64,000 nucleotides of DNA from NCBI GenBank assembly GCA_010909165.1, contig MU008155.1, positions 124,001-188,000 on the forward strand, given 5' to 3'. The position numbers and the translations under genes were made by a program. How positions within the stretch are numbered: position 1 is the first letter of the stretch; every line of letters starts with the position of its first letter. Source of the stretch: Anthoceros angustus. Taxonomy: Eukaryota > Plantae > Anthocerotophyta. The notes beneath the pieces are model-generated. The model was not told where the DNA came from. It made no database searches and saw nothing but the letters and a program-made list of their open reading frames with translations. Shown here one piece after another: positions 46,701 through 60,400 of this stretch.

Positions 46701-49400
46701 AGAGACAACCAGAACACCTGTCTCTCCAAGGTTCACAACTTAGATTGGCGAAACATGTGTCCTCACAAAACGTCACAGAACCTTTCAAAATCCATCTCCT
46801 CAAAGGGCCAAGTCACCTTTAGAGATAGTACACAGACATTTGTGGACCCTCTCTACACCCTCCTTTGGTAGTAGATACTTCTTAACTTTACCGACGACTA
46901 TTCCGTTTGCCTCTCCTACATCCTCACCCAAAGAGTGAAACTTATCTTTTCAAGGATTACATGGCATGGGAGAAAACTTACAGATCACAAACTCAAGACC
47001 TTACGTTCCGACAACGGTGGAGAGTTTACATCTCATAGATTTGCTGAATTTTGTCGAGGCGTAGCTCAACAATTAAGTGTAGTATACACTCCTCGGCAAA
47101 ATGGCGTCAGAAAATAAGAATCTCCGCCTCCAAGAGATTACAGTTGCTGTTAACACAAGCTAACTTATCCAAAGCTTATTGGGTGAGGCCCTCCTTACAA
47201 CCTATCTCATGAATCGCCGACTTCCTCGATTCAAGGTATGACTCCATATGAAGCATTCAACAAGCCTTCCATAGATCACCTTGAATTTTTGGCTCTCCGC
47301 ATATGTCTTTATCCCTAAAGTACAAGTTAGATCCAAAAGCTGCCAAATATCTATTTATTGGCTACAGAGGCATCAAAGGTTACAAGCTATTTGAACCCAC
47401 AACACGGAAGCTTATATATGCGAGTGTTACTTTTCATGAGTCTTACCTCTTTTCCCCAGGGTGGGGCTGGTACATCCGCCACAGGGCGTCTCTTGAGCCT
47501 CGATACCTCCTCATTTGATGATACGATTATATCACTCAATTTCCAGTTCGCTCTCGTGTTCCGTAGTTGAACCTCTTGCGGAGGAGGAGGAGTTAGCATC
47601 TATTCCACGAAACACCACCGGATGGCGACAACATTCAAGTCGAGGAGCCAGTGACACTCTTTATGAAGAGCATGATGACCCTCCTGAATGACATGGAGCA
47701 CCATGATCCTATTGATGTTCTGCTCGTGGAAGATGCACCGTAACCTACACAAAGGTACAACTTAAGAACCCGCCCGCAATCGGACCCGGGGATGGAAGGA
47801 ACCTCCTTTAGGATATCTAGCTGTTTTGATGATCCTATTCCCCTGTATCACTTTACTCACAAATACAAGGCAACCATAGATCCAAGAACCTCTTACCTTA
47901 AAACAAGCTTTCTCTTCTCACGAAAAAGCCTTATGGAAGGTAGTAGATTAATATAACTCTCTCATTAGTAACTCTACATGGGAATTGGTTAAGCCACCTA
48001 AGGGTAGGAAGATAGTCACCAGCAAATGGGTATTCAAAATTAAGAGAAAAGGAGATGGTTCCATTGAGAGATACAAAGCACGCCTTGTGGGATTCACCCA
48101 GATACCGGGTTTAGATTACCTCCCATGGGCCACATTCGCCCCAGGAGCAAAGTTTGCTTCCCTTAGAATAATCTTCGACTTAACAGCCCATCATGATCTT
48201 GAGCTTCATATGATGGATGTGAAGACAGCATATCTCTATGGCCGTCTTCAAGAAGAAATCTACATGAAACAGCAAGGTTATGAGGTTAAAGGCAAGGAAG
48301 ATTGGGTATGCGACTAATTAAAGGCTTGTATGGCCTTAAGCAACTGGTAAAATTGGAATATGGACATACATGTGAAACTCATCAAAGAGGCTTCCAAAGT
48401 GATGCCGATGCATGCATGTATATCCTAATATCGTGCAATGATACCTTTTACTTATTGCTCTCGTCGACGTATTCATGGCCACAAACTCTCTTACTCTCCT
48501 AGCCGAGATCAAAAGGCGGCTCAAGACTTTTATGAAATGTCCGATTTAGGAGAAATGACATATGCACTTGGTGTCAACATTATTAGAGATCGAGCAAACA
48601 AGACTCGAGTATTGTTCAAACCAAGTACATTAAAGAAAGTTTAACCAAGTTTGGACTTGAAGACGAAACACCTACACCTTTTGCTAGTGGGTCGCTTACC
48701 ATGGATATGAGTCCAAAGACAAGATAAGTTGGAAATGTCAGTCCCATATCGACATGCTTGCACACTTATATATTTATCCAACTTCACACGACCGGATATA
48801 TCTTCAAGTCGCCCTGCTCACAATTCGAGAACTCGACGTGAACACTGGATGTCAACTAAGCGCATATTCCGATACCTCAAGGGTACCATGCACAGGATTG
48901 ACATTCAAGTATACACCAGGCATAAAGACGTTGACATTAACTTACCGACGCCGACTATGACTCGACACCGCAGATCCGTATCGTGCACGTCGCTATTGGG
49001 GAGCACCGATATCCTGGTCAAGTAAGAAACAACCAACCATAGCCTTGTCCAGACGAGAGTATAGAGTACTAACCTCGGTTGCTAAAGACATAGTATGGAC
49101 TAGGCTAACCTTGAGTGAACTTCATCACAAGGTGAAAAGCCCACCTTGTTGTTGAGTGATAGTCGGGGGCTATAGCCTTGTCAAGGAACCTGTCTTCCAC
49201 TCTAGAACTAAACATATTGTCGAATATCATTATATCGGAGAGAAAATAGAGGATAAAACTATAGATATTAGTTATGTTCAAACTTTAGATAATGTGATTT
49301 ATTAACAAAGTCACTAGGCATTGAATCATAGGAAACATATGAAATGTTTAGGTATATTGGACACATGTCTAAGCCTCCGCCTATAGTTCATCCTAGCTAA
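43742..49400 (+). pseudogene. copia gag-pol of C5 (frameshifted; knuckle-PR-integrase segment duplicated)
   Basis: MWDHLARLYSSRD; LKTLRSDNGGEFTS; KKLDPKAAKYLFIG; KIVTSKWVFKIKRKGDGSIERYKARLV; HMMDVKTAYLYG; RH FHSRTKHI. Confidence 0.9.
44458..47608 (+). repeat. ~1.58-kb internal tandem duplication in C5 (44458-46036 / 46037-47608)
   Basis: Both copies alignable end to end; TATTCCAC at 44458, 46037 and 47601. Confidence 0.9.
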
Positions 49401-51164
49401 ATTGGTCTACTTAAGATAACCTTAGTAATCCAATATTCTATTCTAAGTCTTGAACAATCATCCTCAATCTTAACATAGGCTCAGAGCTGCATCCTCTCCT
49501 TCATACATAGTTGAGGTGCTCTCTAGAAAATAATATTAAAATATTAAATAATATTTTGCTAATTAAAACTTTTCATATTCTCTTAACCTCAAGAATACTC
49601 ACGATAGACATGGATCATATGCCCGGAAATTCTTCACAAGACATATAACCCGTATCATATGTATCTTAGTTTCGCAAACATAGGAGCATGGAGGTACGTC
49701 TGCCCGAATTCCCTTTCATATTAGTGATTATATAGATGAGCTTCACATCATCACCCTTGGGATATATGCCGGTTTCGAATCCTATGTTTCCTATTCTATG
49801 TCTTGGGCAAAAGAAACCTAAAATGGGCAAGATTTTAGCAAGAGAAAATAAGTTAGAACACCTTTTAGAGTCACAAAAGCATGTCTACCTTTTCATTTTT
49901 CTCATTTTCTTCATTTCATTTCATTTTCCTTTTTCCCATAATTTTCCATACATAAATCTGCGAAAATAGTATCAGAAAATTCATCACAATTAATATTTTT
50001 GAAACTGGAAAATGGTCATTTGAAGATGCCCACAAACGGGCTTACAACTAGGTGCCTCTCCCTCATGACAAAAGGGGGCATCCTGCTCCAAGGTGCCTCC
50101 CCTTCACGACAAGGGGGGGAATGCCATGCTATACCATGCTGCTATCTTACTTGAGATTTCAGCCTCCCCTTCATCAGTAGAAGCAGGGAAGCCCTTCAAT
50201 GAAGATTCTTCCGAGGCACTTGTATCAGATAAGAGAACAATCTCTGGCGATTTCTTCCCCACAGGAGCTTTCTGGAATCTCCCTCGACGATCTCTCATCT
50301 GCACACAACTGTGGTGACGACATGCTGCAGTTGGAGCAGGTGTTGGCTTGGGATTAGCAGCAGGCACTTTTGAGAAATTGAGACAAGACATGGGAAGATC
50401 AGCTTTCTTTAATCTCCCGGCTTGGGTGAGACACTCCGCATATGGCACTCACACATCAATGGCGATCTTGACCGAGAACAAATTCCACCTCTCCCGGTGA
50501 CTTCAACCTCTACACGAGCTGGACCACTTCATCCCACGGAAAACGTGGTGGGCTCTCCACAAAGGTTGGAATCCATTTAGATGCGGTGGAGGATCACTGT
50601 GGTCTGCACAAGTGGGGCGCCTGCTCCTCGGAAGGCGCGGTCCCTCCATACCTCTTCTTTTTCCACCGCAGGGTGGCACCCATCTACTTGCAATCGGCGC
50701 CGCACCACCGTGCCGATCCAGTATGCGGCGGGCGGCGCGGGCCCGGGCCGCCACGACGGGCGCGCCCTGCCCCGCCCAGTTTGTGTCCGGCGCCATAGCG
50801 CAAGTTCTTTGTGTTTCATGAGCGGGAGGAGCGGGAGCGAGGGAGGAGGAGGAGGAGGAATAAAACCGTATGGGGTTTCATAACATGACCCCCATGGTAT
50901 ACTGACGGGCATCACATGCCCCATTTTAAGTTTAACCCATTTAATGGTTTTACTTTTACCTTTTTACCTTGTTTAGGAATTTACCATTTCCTAATTAAGT
51001 TTTGGTAATTAATTTTGATTACATTAAATTCTGCTTAAATGTAACTTAAGCCAGTTTTAATTGTTTTCTTAGTTAGTGGATAGCTTTCAAGTTAGTGGGA
51101 GCTAACTAGCCTTTTAGTCTCATTTTGAAGCGATTCTTCACACCTAGTTCATAGTGAGTGGGAG

Positions 51165-51438
51165 TGATGAAATATGACCTATTTAGGGCACTCTTCACTA
51201 GGGCACCTAAGGCTATTAATTAATTTAGTTCTTAGGGCTTTAGGTAGTTTAATGAGTAGTTAGTTGTTACAACCACTTAGAGGTTAGAACTACTTATGGT
51301 TACAACCACCTTATGGTTATAACCACCTAGCCTATATAAAGGCTTTGTACTTTCTATTATAATCAATGCATACAACTCTTTGTGCAAAGCTTTCTACTAT
51401 CTTGCTATGTTTTGCTACCTAGAGCTATGATTCTCATC
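51165..51438 (+). repeat. 3' LTR of C5
   Basis: Follows the PPT; matches the 5' LTR. Confidence 0.95.
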
Positions 51439-51860
51439 CTTCTCGTGTTTTACCTTGGTGCAGTTGTTCATTATCAACGGCGACCTCTTCATGAGCTGGT
51501 TCAGATATAGGAGAAGTGTGCTCATCTTCGACCGATAATCATCCTCAAGAGGTTCTTGGTCCTCTGACGGGATGTCCTCAAGGTGTTCGAGTTCTTGTGA
51601 TCGGATCCGGAGTTGTGGGTCCACGAGGCGTCGAGGGATATGTAGCTCCTCCTCCTCCTCCGCAGATAGGTGCAACAATGTGAACAGGAGCAGGGACAAT
51701 ATGTTGAGTTATGAAATCATGATCATCAAAAGATGAATACTCAGTGTTCTCGGGAGGAAGAACAGCATGAGGAGTGTCCGCAGGAGCTCCCACTGAAGGT
51801 GAAAGTATGTGGGACTCATTAAAAGTGACACTCCTGGCATATAAGAGCTTCCTGGTAGCA

Positions 51861-54800
51861 TGATAGAATCCTAGCAGTAGGATTGTGTAGCATGCATCTA
51901 GTCCATGATGCTACGTAAGATATGTTCTTCGTTGATTAATTAAACAAGAGGTACAAAAGGTGTTTTTAAGGTGGTGCAGGGTGTCCGTTCGCGGAGAGGC
52001 ACACCCTTCCGTAGTGACTCAACCCTCTAGACGGTAACTAGACCACGGGCAGGGTTACGGGCAGATTAATTGTTTCGTAACACTCCCTCTTAAGTAACTC
52101 GCGGACGGAGACTATCTTCCATGGAATATGGCACTCCTCTGTGGCACGCTCCCTCTGAAGGCTAAGTCTTCTCTTCTGCCTCAGGCTACGGCGAGTTGAG
52201 GCGAGAAGTCGATCAAGCCTAGCTTGAGCATGTGCTGGTAGTGGCGTAGCTTGGGTAGGCCCTTGGTCAATATGTCCGCAGCGTTGTCCTCCGTTGAGAC
52301 GTAGGTGGCCTTTAATACTCCCCGCTCTACTACATCCCGTATGTAGTGATGTTGAATCTCGATGTGCTTTGTCCTGGCGTGGAACTTGGGATTTGCAACC
52401 AAAGCCGTAATATATGTTATCACAATGCGTGTAGGATTGTCCCGCTCGTCGATGTCGGCCAGAAGGCTCTCTCCCACTCGCCTCCTTGCAGCGCCAGAAG
52501 TGATTTATACTGCCTGTGGAGGAGAGGCGATGGAGGTTTGCTTGCAACTCCAGCTCACCGCAGAGGACAAGAGAAGCAGGTGCGCTAAGGCTCTTCCGTG
52601 AGTCGGGGTCGGATGCCCAACTGTGACGGTGTATCCCACTAGCGGCCCCTCGGCCTTCGCTTTGTATGCCGATGTGAGGGTTCCTTGAGGTAGCGGAAGA
52701 CCCTCTTGACCGCTGCCAGTGTGCCTTTCCTGTGTGATTCTAAGAATTGTGATAATCGTGGAAACGGAGTAATCGGATGGGTCCGTCCATCCCATTTAAG
52801 ATAAGGTCGCCATGGCGTGAGGGAAGTGATTCCATCTCCTTGGCTTCCTCCACGTCTGGGGCACCGATCCGTAAGTTTTCCAACGTATAAGGGTGCCGAC
52901 GGCCTAGCTTGGTCCCTTGAATCTTGATAATATTTCCTTGATGTACTTGTGCCGGTGGATGATCGACTACCTTGAGCCTCATCGCAGAATTTGGATTCCA
53001 AGGCAAACCGAGTTCGCCTATGTCTTTCATCTCAAAACGGTGCTCGGCTACTTCACCTCATCCAACATGGCTTGGTCACAGTGGCGAGGATGAGGTCATC
53101 CACGAAAGGGCGAGAAGCATGAAGTGGGGTCCCCGAGATAGCCTGTAAACGCTCCCATCCGCCGAGCTTTGAACGAAAGAGACGCCAAGGGTAAGAGTGC
53201 ATGGTGGTGTGCAACACGGCCACTGCTTGAGAGGTCAGATGCACTTCTTAAGTCTCAACACTTTGTGTGGGGCATTTGCTAACGTAGCCCCTGGGCTGGT
53301 CCATGTATAGCTCCTCGCCGAGTTCTCCATATAGGAAAGTCAGCACACATCCATCCGGTGCAACCTGTGGGTTCCAGGGAAAGGAGGATGCGGATAGATT
53401 GGGCTCGCACAACAGGGGAGAAAGTTTCCTGGTAGTCGAGCCCTTCAACTTGAGAGAAGCCTCGGGCTACCAAGCGGGCCTTGAAGCGAGCAACTTGGCC
53501 TTGGGCATTAAGCTTGAGCTTGAACGTCCATTTGCAGCTAATCGGCTTCCTTCCAAGGGGCGGATCGACCAGCTCCCAGGTCTTGTTCTTCACAAGACTT
53601 TGGTACTCATCCTCCACCGCGAGCCGCCACTTGGAGGATTCGGGGCCAAAGAGAGCTTGGGTAAGTGTGGTAGGCTCCTCCGGCAGTGAGGGTGGCGAAA
53701 GATGAGCTGCGGATAGTGAGCCAAAAGAGGTCTTGAAGTCAACTGATAAGGGGCTCGGCCTTCATACCGGGCGGTGACAGCTGTGCGGGAGGCGAGGCCC
53801 GGCTTGAGAGATGGCACCTCGTTGATGTGCAAGAGCTCGGTGATGCGCAACACGTGGCCGGAGCGGGGGGATGGTGGTATGGGATCCGGAGCGTTGTTGA
53901 TCGGAGGGAGGCAAGGCTTCTCCTTCCATGGCAGGAGAGGGTCGCCTCGCCCCTGAGTTAGTGTCCTCAAAGGGATCGCCATCGTCCTGCGGGAAGTGTG
54001 AAGGGAGTTGTCGGCGGTACTGCGGGTTGTGAGTCGCCCACGCTCCCTCGAAGGCGCCGCGTGGCTCCATGAACGAACGGGCCGTGGTAATGCCGTGATC
54101 TTTCAGATCAAAGCTTGTAGGCTTTCACATTCTCGCTATATCCGACCAGCAAGAGCTTGCGCGACCTGTCCTCCAACTTTCTCCGCTTGGTCTTGGGTAT
54201 GTAAGCATAAGCTGTAGAACCAAAGACTCGAAGGTGGAGGATGCTAGGTTTTCGATTCCAGAAAACCTCATACGGGGTACGCCCGGGGACAGCGCCAGTG
54301 ATGACTCGATTGAGGATGTAGGTGGCAGTGACAATGGCCTCTGCCCAGAAGCCCTGAGGGAGACCAGCCCATAGCAACATGCTTCGGGTCATTGAGAGTG
54401 GTCGATTTTTGCGCCCAAACCCCGTTTCTTTGTGGGGTATAAGTACGCTTAAGCCCTCAATACCCGCCTCCCGCAGAAGTCATCAAAGGCGTTATTCACG
54501 AATTCTGTTCCATTGTCACTTCTCAGGATTTTCAACAAGTGACCTGTCTGTCTCTCGGCAACCAGGAGCCAATCTCGGAAGTAGGTGAACGTGTCACTCT
54601 TGAGGTGCATAGGGTATGTCCATGAGTACCTACTAAAATCATCCGTGAGGGTGAGGTAGTAGCGTGCTCCCCCTAGTGACGGTTCGCGGATCTTTCCGGA
54701 GATGTCTGCATGAACCAACTCCAAGGTGGTGGTTACCCTGTGAGCGTGCTTGGAGAAGGGGAGTTCTTTCTGCTTCGCCAACACGCAAGATTCGCACACA

Positions 54801-56159
54801 GGTAGGTGCCGAAAACACTTGGGTAGAGGCTCCGTATACAGGCCTTGTGAAGCCATGGATGTCAGCTTGTTTTTGTTAATGTGTCCCAACCTCGCGTGCC
54901 ACAGGGAGGCCAGGCTGTCAGAGGATGACGGCGGCGGTCCGGCCGTGAAGGCAGACGGCTCGCTCCCGTCGGCAAATGAAAGCCTGTAGAGGCCATCTTG
55001 AGGCACAGCGGTGAAGAGGCATAGGTCAGGATTTGTGGTCCTGAAGAAACAGCATGACCCCCTTGAAGCGAGCATCTCGAGATCGCCTTGCTTCAGCAGC
55101 TGGGTCATGGAGACCAGGTTCTTGCCCATCTGCGGGACGAGGAGCACAGGCTCCAAGGTAAGCACCGAACCGTCCCGAAGAGGAAATTCGCAAGTGCCTT
55201 GTCCCATGATAGGCAGACTAGATCTACTCTGTTCATCACCGAGTAATACCCTTTCCCTGAGAGGACGGGTGTCCAGCTTGGTGAATAGAGTACGATCGTT
55301 GCATATGTGGGCGGTGGCTCCACTATCCAGATACCATCTCGAATCATGGTGCAACTGGGTGTTGAGGCAAACCGTAAGTATCTTCACGGTTTTCGTCTCC
55401 ACCGCGCTGGCTTTCCCTTGGACTGAGACACTGGTTGCCTGTCTCGGGCCGGCCCTCTGTGGCTCTCCGGCCTTTTTCTTGCGGCGGTCCGTGCCCGGTG
55501 GCTCCGCACAATGCGCCGGCCCGAGGAGGGGCAGAGGTTGATTCACCTTTAGGGGTGAAATTTACCCTGCCCTTTTGAGTCTTCCCGTGCTTGAAACGGG
55601 TGGACATACTGCCTTTGGGCTTGGACCCTCCTGAATTAAGGCGGCTCGCTCCGGTCGAGCGCCTACGATATCCTCCACCGTCAAGGTGGGAGTTGTGCCT
55701 GACTTACCGTGGGTAGATACCAACATCAGGCTGGTAACGAAGTTTTGGTAAGAGGCAGGTAAGCTCATCAACAGTTGTGCAGCGGCATCGGTCTCCGTCA
55801 TGGTGGAGCCAAGAGAGGCGAGCTGCCCTCGCAGCTGTCTGAACTTCGAGGTATGGGCAGAAATCGTATCTGTCTCCTTCATCCTTAAGGAGTTGAATTC
55901 CTGCCTTACACTGTACAAGGTTAGAACGTTGTTAACATTGTACGTGTTTGATAGCTGGTCCCAGATTGCGGAGGCCTCCGTGAGGAACTCCACGCTGGGC
56001 ACCAGACTCGAATCAAGTCCGCCGATGAGGAGAGCAATTGCGATCCCGTTCAAATAGTCCCATCTCTCAACAGCAGCGACTGGCGGGGGTGGAGTGGCAG
56101 AAGGGTCGGGCTTCGGAAGGGTGCCATCGACAATCTTCCAAACGCCCCGACCTATCAAG
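51861..56159 (-). mobile_element. copia C6 (3' LTR 51861-52082, PPT 52083-52091, gag-pol 52181-56158); gag interrupted by the CACTA element
   Basis: Minus-strand AAGAGGGAG TGTTACG...TTCTATCA; GVWKIVDG, WYLDSGATAHIC, LWHARLGH, LELVHADISG, SDNGTEF, WELVDPP..CKWTFKLK, FHARTKHIEI. Gag resembles that of C1. Confidence 0.92.
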
Positions 56160-56227
56160 CACTACTAGGAAACTCAGCACTTTACTACCCCTTCAAATCT
56201 AGAGAGAGGGGATTTTTAGATGACTGT

Positions 56228-57000
56228 TCGTTTTACAACGGAGCTTTTCAACCCATGTATTATTTTCGTATAGATTTTAACACTTTACAACATGGGTTTA
56301 GGGTTTTAACAACGCGTATTTTTTATGGGCTTTTTGATGACGTGGCTCTCTTACGTGCATTTACAACATGGGTTTGCAAGATTACTACAGACTACTATTT
56401 TCAACTTGTGTTTTTAGGGTGGTTTACAACGCCTAAACTACATTGTCGTGTTTGTTTACAACGATGACCTTTATTTTACTACTTTTACAACAGGAATACG
56501 CCTTTTACAACGGAGCATCTTTTACAACAGGTTCTACTATTTTACATGGTTCTTTTACAATAGGGAATACGCCTTTTACAACGGAGCGTTTTTACAACAA
56601 TGTTTGCTATTTTACAACGGTTCTTTTACAGGAATATGCCTTTTACAATGGGCGTCTTTTACAACAATGCCCGTATTTTACATTACTTCTTTTACAATGC
56701 CCAAAACTACATCTACAACAGCTTTGTTTACAACGATGACCTTTGTTTTATTACAACACTTTACATTAGGGACTACGCCTTTTACAACGGAGCATATTTT
56801 ACAACAATGTCCGGTGTTTACAATGGTTCTTCTACAACATAGATTACGCTTTTTACAATGGGGTGCCTTTTACAACAATGCCTGGTAGTTTTCATCAGTT
56901 CTTTTACAACAGCCAATACCCTTTTTACAACGAGACGTCTATTACAACAATGGGTGGAATTTTATAACAGAGTTATTTACAACACACAAATCCATATTAA
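56228..57000 (+). repeat. CACTA subterminal repeat array (TTTTACAAC-core motif, tens of copies)
   Basis: TTTTACAAC/TTTACAAC repeated at roughly 20-nt spacing immediately inside the terminus. Confidence 0.9.
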
Positions 57001-57485
57001 CAATATAATTTAGGTTTTTCTTAATATTTTAAACTATCCGTTGTTACTTCCATCGTAAATGCTTATTGTTTCAGAACATAATTTAGGGTTTTTCATAACA
57101 TCTTAAACTATCCGTTGTTTCTTTCGTGTAAATGCTTGTTGTTTTAACATGCCACATCCATTTGCCAACTATGGCCATTATAATACTTCATTATTTTGAA
57201 TGGTTCTAATTTGTGTTGTAAAATAGATGATGTTAAATTAGCCACCTTTTTCACAACAAGTGTGGCGAAACACCTATATGATGGTAACTTGAATTGTAAT
57301 TGATCTGTAAAACGTGAAACATACTTCTCTATTGCAATGCACATTCTATGAACAACATGCATTGTTTATGAATTGAGTATGCTTTTCCTTTCAAACAACT
57401 TGGAATACAAGATAACAAACTCAAGGAGAATTTCAAGTGTTACATGGACAGACAATCAAAAGGTGGAACGAGTAACAGCATGTAC

Positions 57486-60400
57486 CTATGCATCATTAAT
57501 ATTATCAACTTCAAAAACGACACGTTCTCCACGTGCACTAGTCCCAACAACCACCTTATTGTCATAGAGAAAAGTCTGAACTAATTTTGGTGACACAAGG
57601 GTAAAGGGTTCATCTTGGACTCTTGAAGAAGGATAAACAGAATTGGGATTCACAATGTGCATTCCAGATGTGTCCTTCTTCAATCCCTTATTGTGATCAT
57701 TCGTATCTTCATAAACAGGTTTGAACCACTTTACTTTCAAGAAATTTGCGGTTGTTGATAGCCCAAAGTCAACCTTTATAATTTTTTGCACTTTCCCAAC
57801 ATATGGCATATCAATAACATTTCCAACGGCGTCTACCGCACCGGAAATTTTGTTGTATTATAGAATCACACGTAAGTTTACCCTCATCACATGATTCTGT
57901 CCTTATGTGGTTCCCATAAGCCCACATCATTGAATATGATTTCGCATCTGGTATAGGACCATTCACTACTCCATATATATCTAGCCCATATTCATTCAAA
58001 ACATTGTCTGATCGAATGGCACCTCGAACTTCATTTAGTAGCCAATCCACAAAAGACAAGTTCGTGAGACTCCTTCATTGCTGCTCTCACTTCTCCGTAA
58101 AAGCGAGTTTTCCAACATCGCTTTTTATTATCTGCTTGCGCTCTACTTAGTTAGGGTTATAAATTCACCATTCCTTGCAACACTGACCACATTGTTCTTC
58201 ATCACGATGTCCACATACGGTGTGTCTTTGTCTTCATTTAGTTTACCTATATATTCTGCAAAAATACATAGACTCTTGTGCGAGGTATCCTCTTGCCATG
58301 CTTCCTTCTGCTTTGGCCCTTTGCCGTACAAACCCCTTCAAAACTTTCATATGCCTTTCTAGGAAATACATCCATCGATACCTTGTAGGCCCACATAATT
58401 CTACCTCGTGAACTAGGTGTACCACAACATGGACCTGGCTAGATAAAAAAGAAGTGGGGAACTCTCGCTCGATGATGCACATTACTTCTGTGCAAAACAC
58501 CTTCATTGCTGGGATCTCGACACTTTGATTTCTTTAGAACATATCCACCTAAATAGGGTCCCAAGACCACAAATAGCCTCATGTAGGTCGGAGACTAAAC
58601 CTTTTAGTACCAAAGGCCATAAATCAGTTAACGGTTATGATGATCATGTGACTTCAACCACGATATATTATCCCATAGTCTTCGAAAAGCACCGCTCAAA
58701 TTAGAACCATAACTCAAGGGGTAATCTTTAATACGCTCTCTCAATTCTTCCTCTCGCTTGTTTAAGGCTTTTCTTAGTCCTGTACCCTAAAACCTGTAGC
58801 AGGAGCGGCCATTGTGTTCCATCTGGATCTTCATGCACCCACCAACCTGAACCCTTCGTATTAGTCTCTTCTAGATCTTGACGACTACCAATGGTTTCAC
58901 AGTGTCCAGTAACATGCTTTAAAATTTGCTCGCTCACGTTCTTCCCAATGTGCATAGGGTCCATCAAATGACGAATCAATAAATGCTGAGAGCATCCAAA
59001 AAAAAAGGGATCAACACTTCGTACCCACAACAAGAGCTCCAATAATATAGGCCATGTGCATATACAAAACAAAAACCACCATATGTAGGGTACAACAAAC
59101 CAAAACTAACCTCCCAATACGGAAGCTCCCAAAAAATAGAGGGAGCATTACTTGTCACTCCATGTGGACCTGGATGGTGAAGGCTTCTTAAAGTACTCTC
59201 TTCTTTAATTACAGTGGGCGATGGTGTTAATGCTGGGGTCCAGACACACCTCTCTACTAAGCCATTAAACATATTCTTTTGCTCATCACGGAAAGGGTGA
59301 TCCTCAGGTAGATGTAATCTAAAATTATCGTCATATACCATTTTGGATAAACCCTTGGAATACCGAGCCCGCAAGTTTGTCCAACAAGAAGGGCAAGCAC
59401 GATAACCCTTTGTTTGTAGCTTAGAGGTAAATGTATATCCAGGATAATCATGCATGGTCCATAATAAAAGAGCCTTTGCAACAAAAGATTGTCGTACAAC
59501 CCCAAGTTGCATAGATGCATCCTGAACCTGAACACCATCTTCCCATAATAAATTTAACTCATCAATCAATGGTCGAAAATAAACATCTCCATTCTTCACT
59601 TGTCTTGGGCCTGGTATCAGCATGGATAATAAGATATGCCCATTTCGAATACTTAACCATGGAGGTAAATTATAGTTCACCAGCAAGACTGGCCAGATAG
59701 AGTACTTGCTGCTTTGGGTTCCAAAAGGATTTATGCCATCTGTTGCAAGCCCAAACCGTAAGTTGCGTGGCTCCCGGGCAAATTCAGGGTATATGGAGTC
59801 CACATGTTTCCATGCCATGCTATCTGAAGGAACACGCATGACCTGGTCCTGTGACACATTCTCTGCATGCCATTTTAATAAGGAAGCCAATTCAACACAT
59901 CTAAATAGCTGTTGAATTCGAGGCTTTAGTGGGAAATACCTTAAAACCTTGTTTGGCACATAAGGACCTTTTGTATCAGGACGATATCTACTCTTGTTAC
60001 AAAACAAACAATTTTTAACCTCCTTATCCTCGTATTCACCCATGAACAACATGCAATCATCAGGACATGCATGAATCTTCAGGAAAGTAAACCCAAATGC
60101 ATTCAACATTAACCGTAACTCATCCTTGCTACGGGAAGCTTGTTCCCTTTTGGAAGTGCCTCGATTGACAAAGTTTCAATAAGGCATTGAAGTCGGTATT
60201 AGAAATACTACCCTTCATTTGCCAATTGAGCAACAACATTACAAAAGAAAGCAATGATATGTTTGCTCCTCCCATAATGGTGTAGTGGCGCTCTATGCAT
60301 CTCCTTGATCTCTCGTAGTAGTGCACCTAGTTGTTCGTCTCATATCGGCAATTCACGAACCCCCGAATGCCTCTACTAAGTCCATTGTATCCTCTTCAAT

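Larger units (their letters stand above)
42674..51438 (+). mobile_element. Full-length copia C5, a relative of C4, inserted in opposite orientation in C4 pol
   Basis: LTRs 42674-42953 and 51165-51438; PBS TGGTATCGAGC 42954; PPT AGTGAGTGGGAG 51153-51164; imperfect TSD GTTCT/CTTCT. Confidence 0.93.
38936..51860 (-). mobile_element. copia C4 (3' LTR 38936-39204, PPT 39205-39216, 3' extra region, RH/RT 41020-42673, integrase tail 51439-51860); interrupted by C5 and C6
   Basis: Minus-strand AGTGAGTGGGAG TGATAAAA...TTTTTCATCA; RT HMMDVKTAYLH..LQEEIYM; pol is continuous across the C5 insertion (CTAGTTCT|CGTGTTTT). Confidence 0.88.

Noticed and set aside
56228-57000. ORFs 56443-56888 (Phe/Tyr/Thr-rich) as membrane proteins
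   Set aside because: Translations of the CACTA subterminal TTTTACAAC array.
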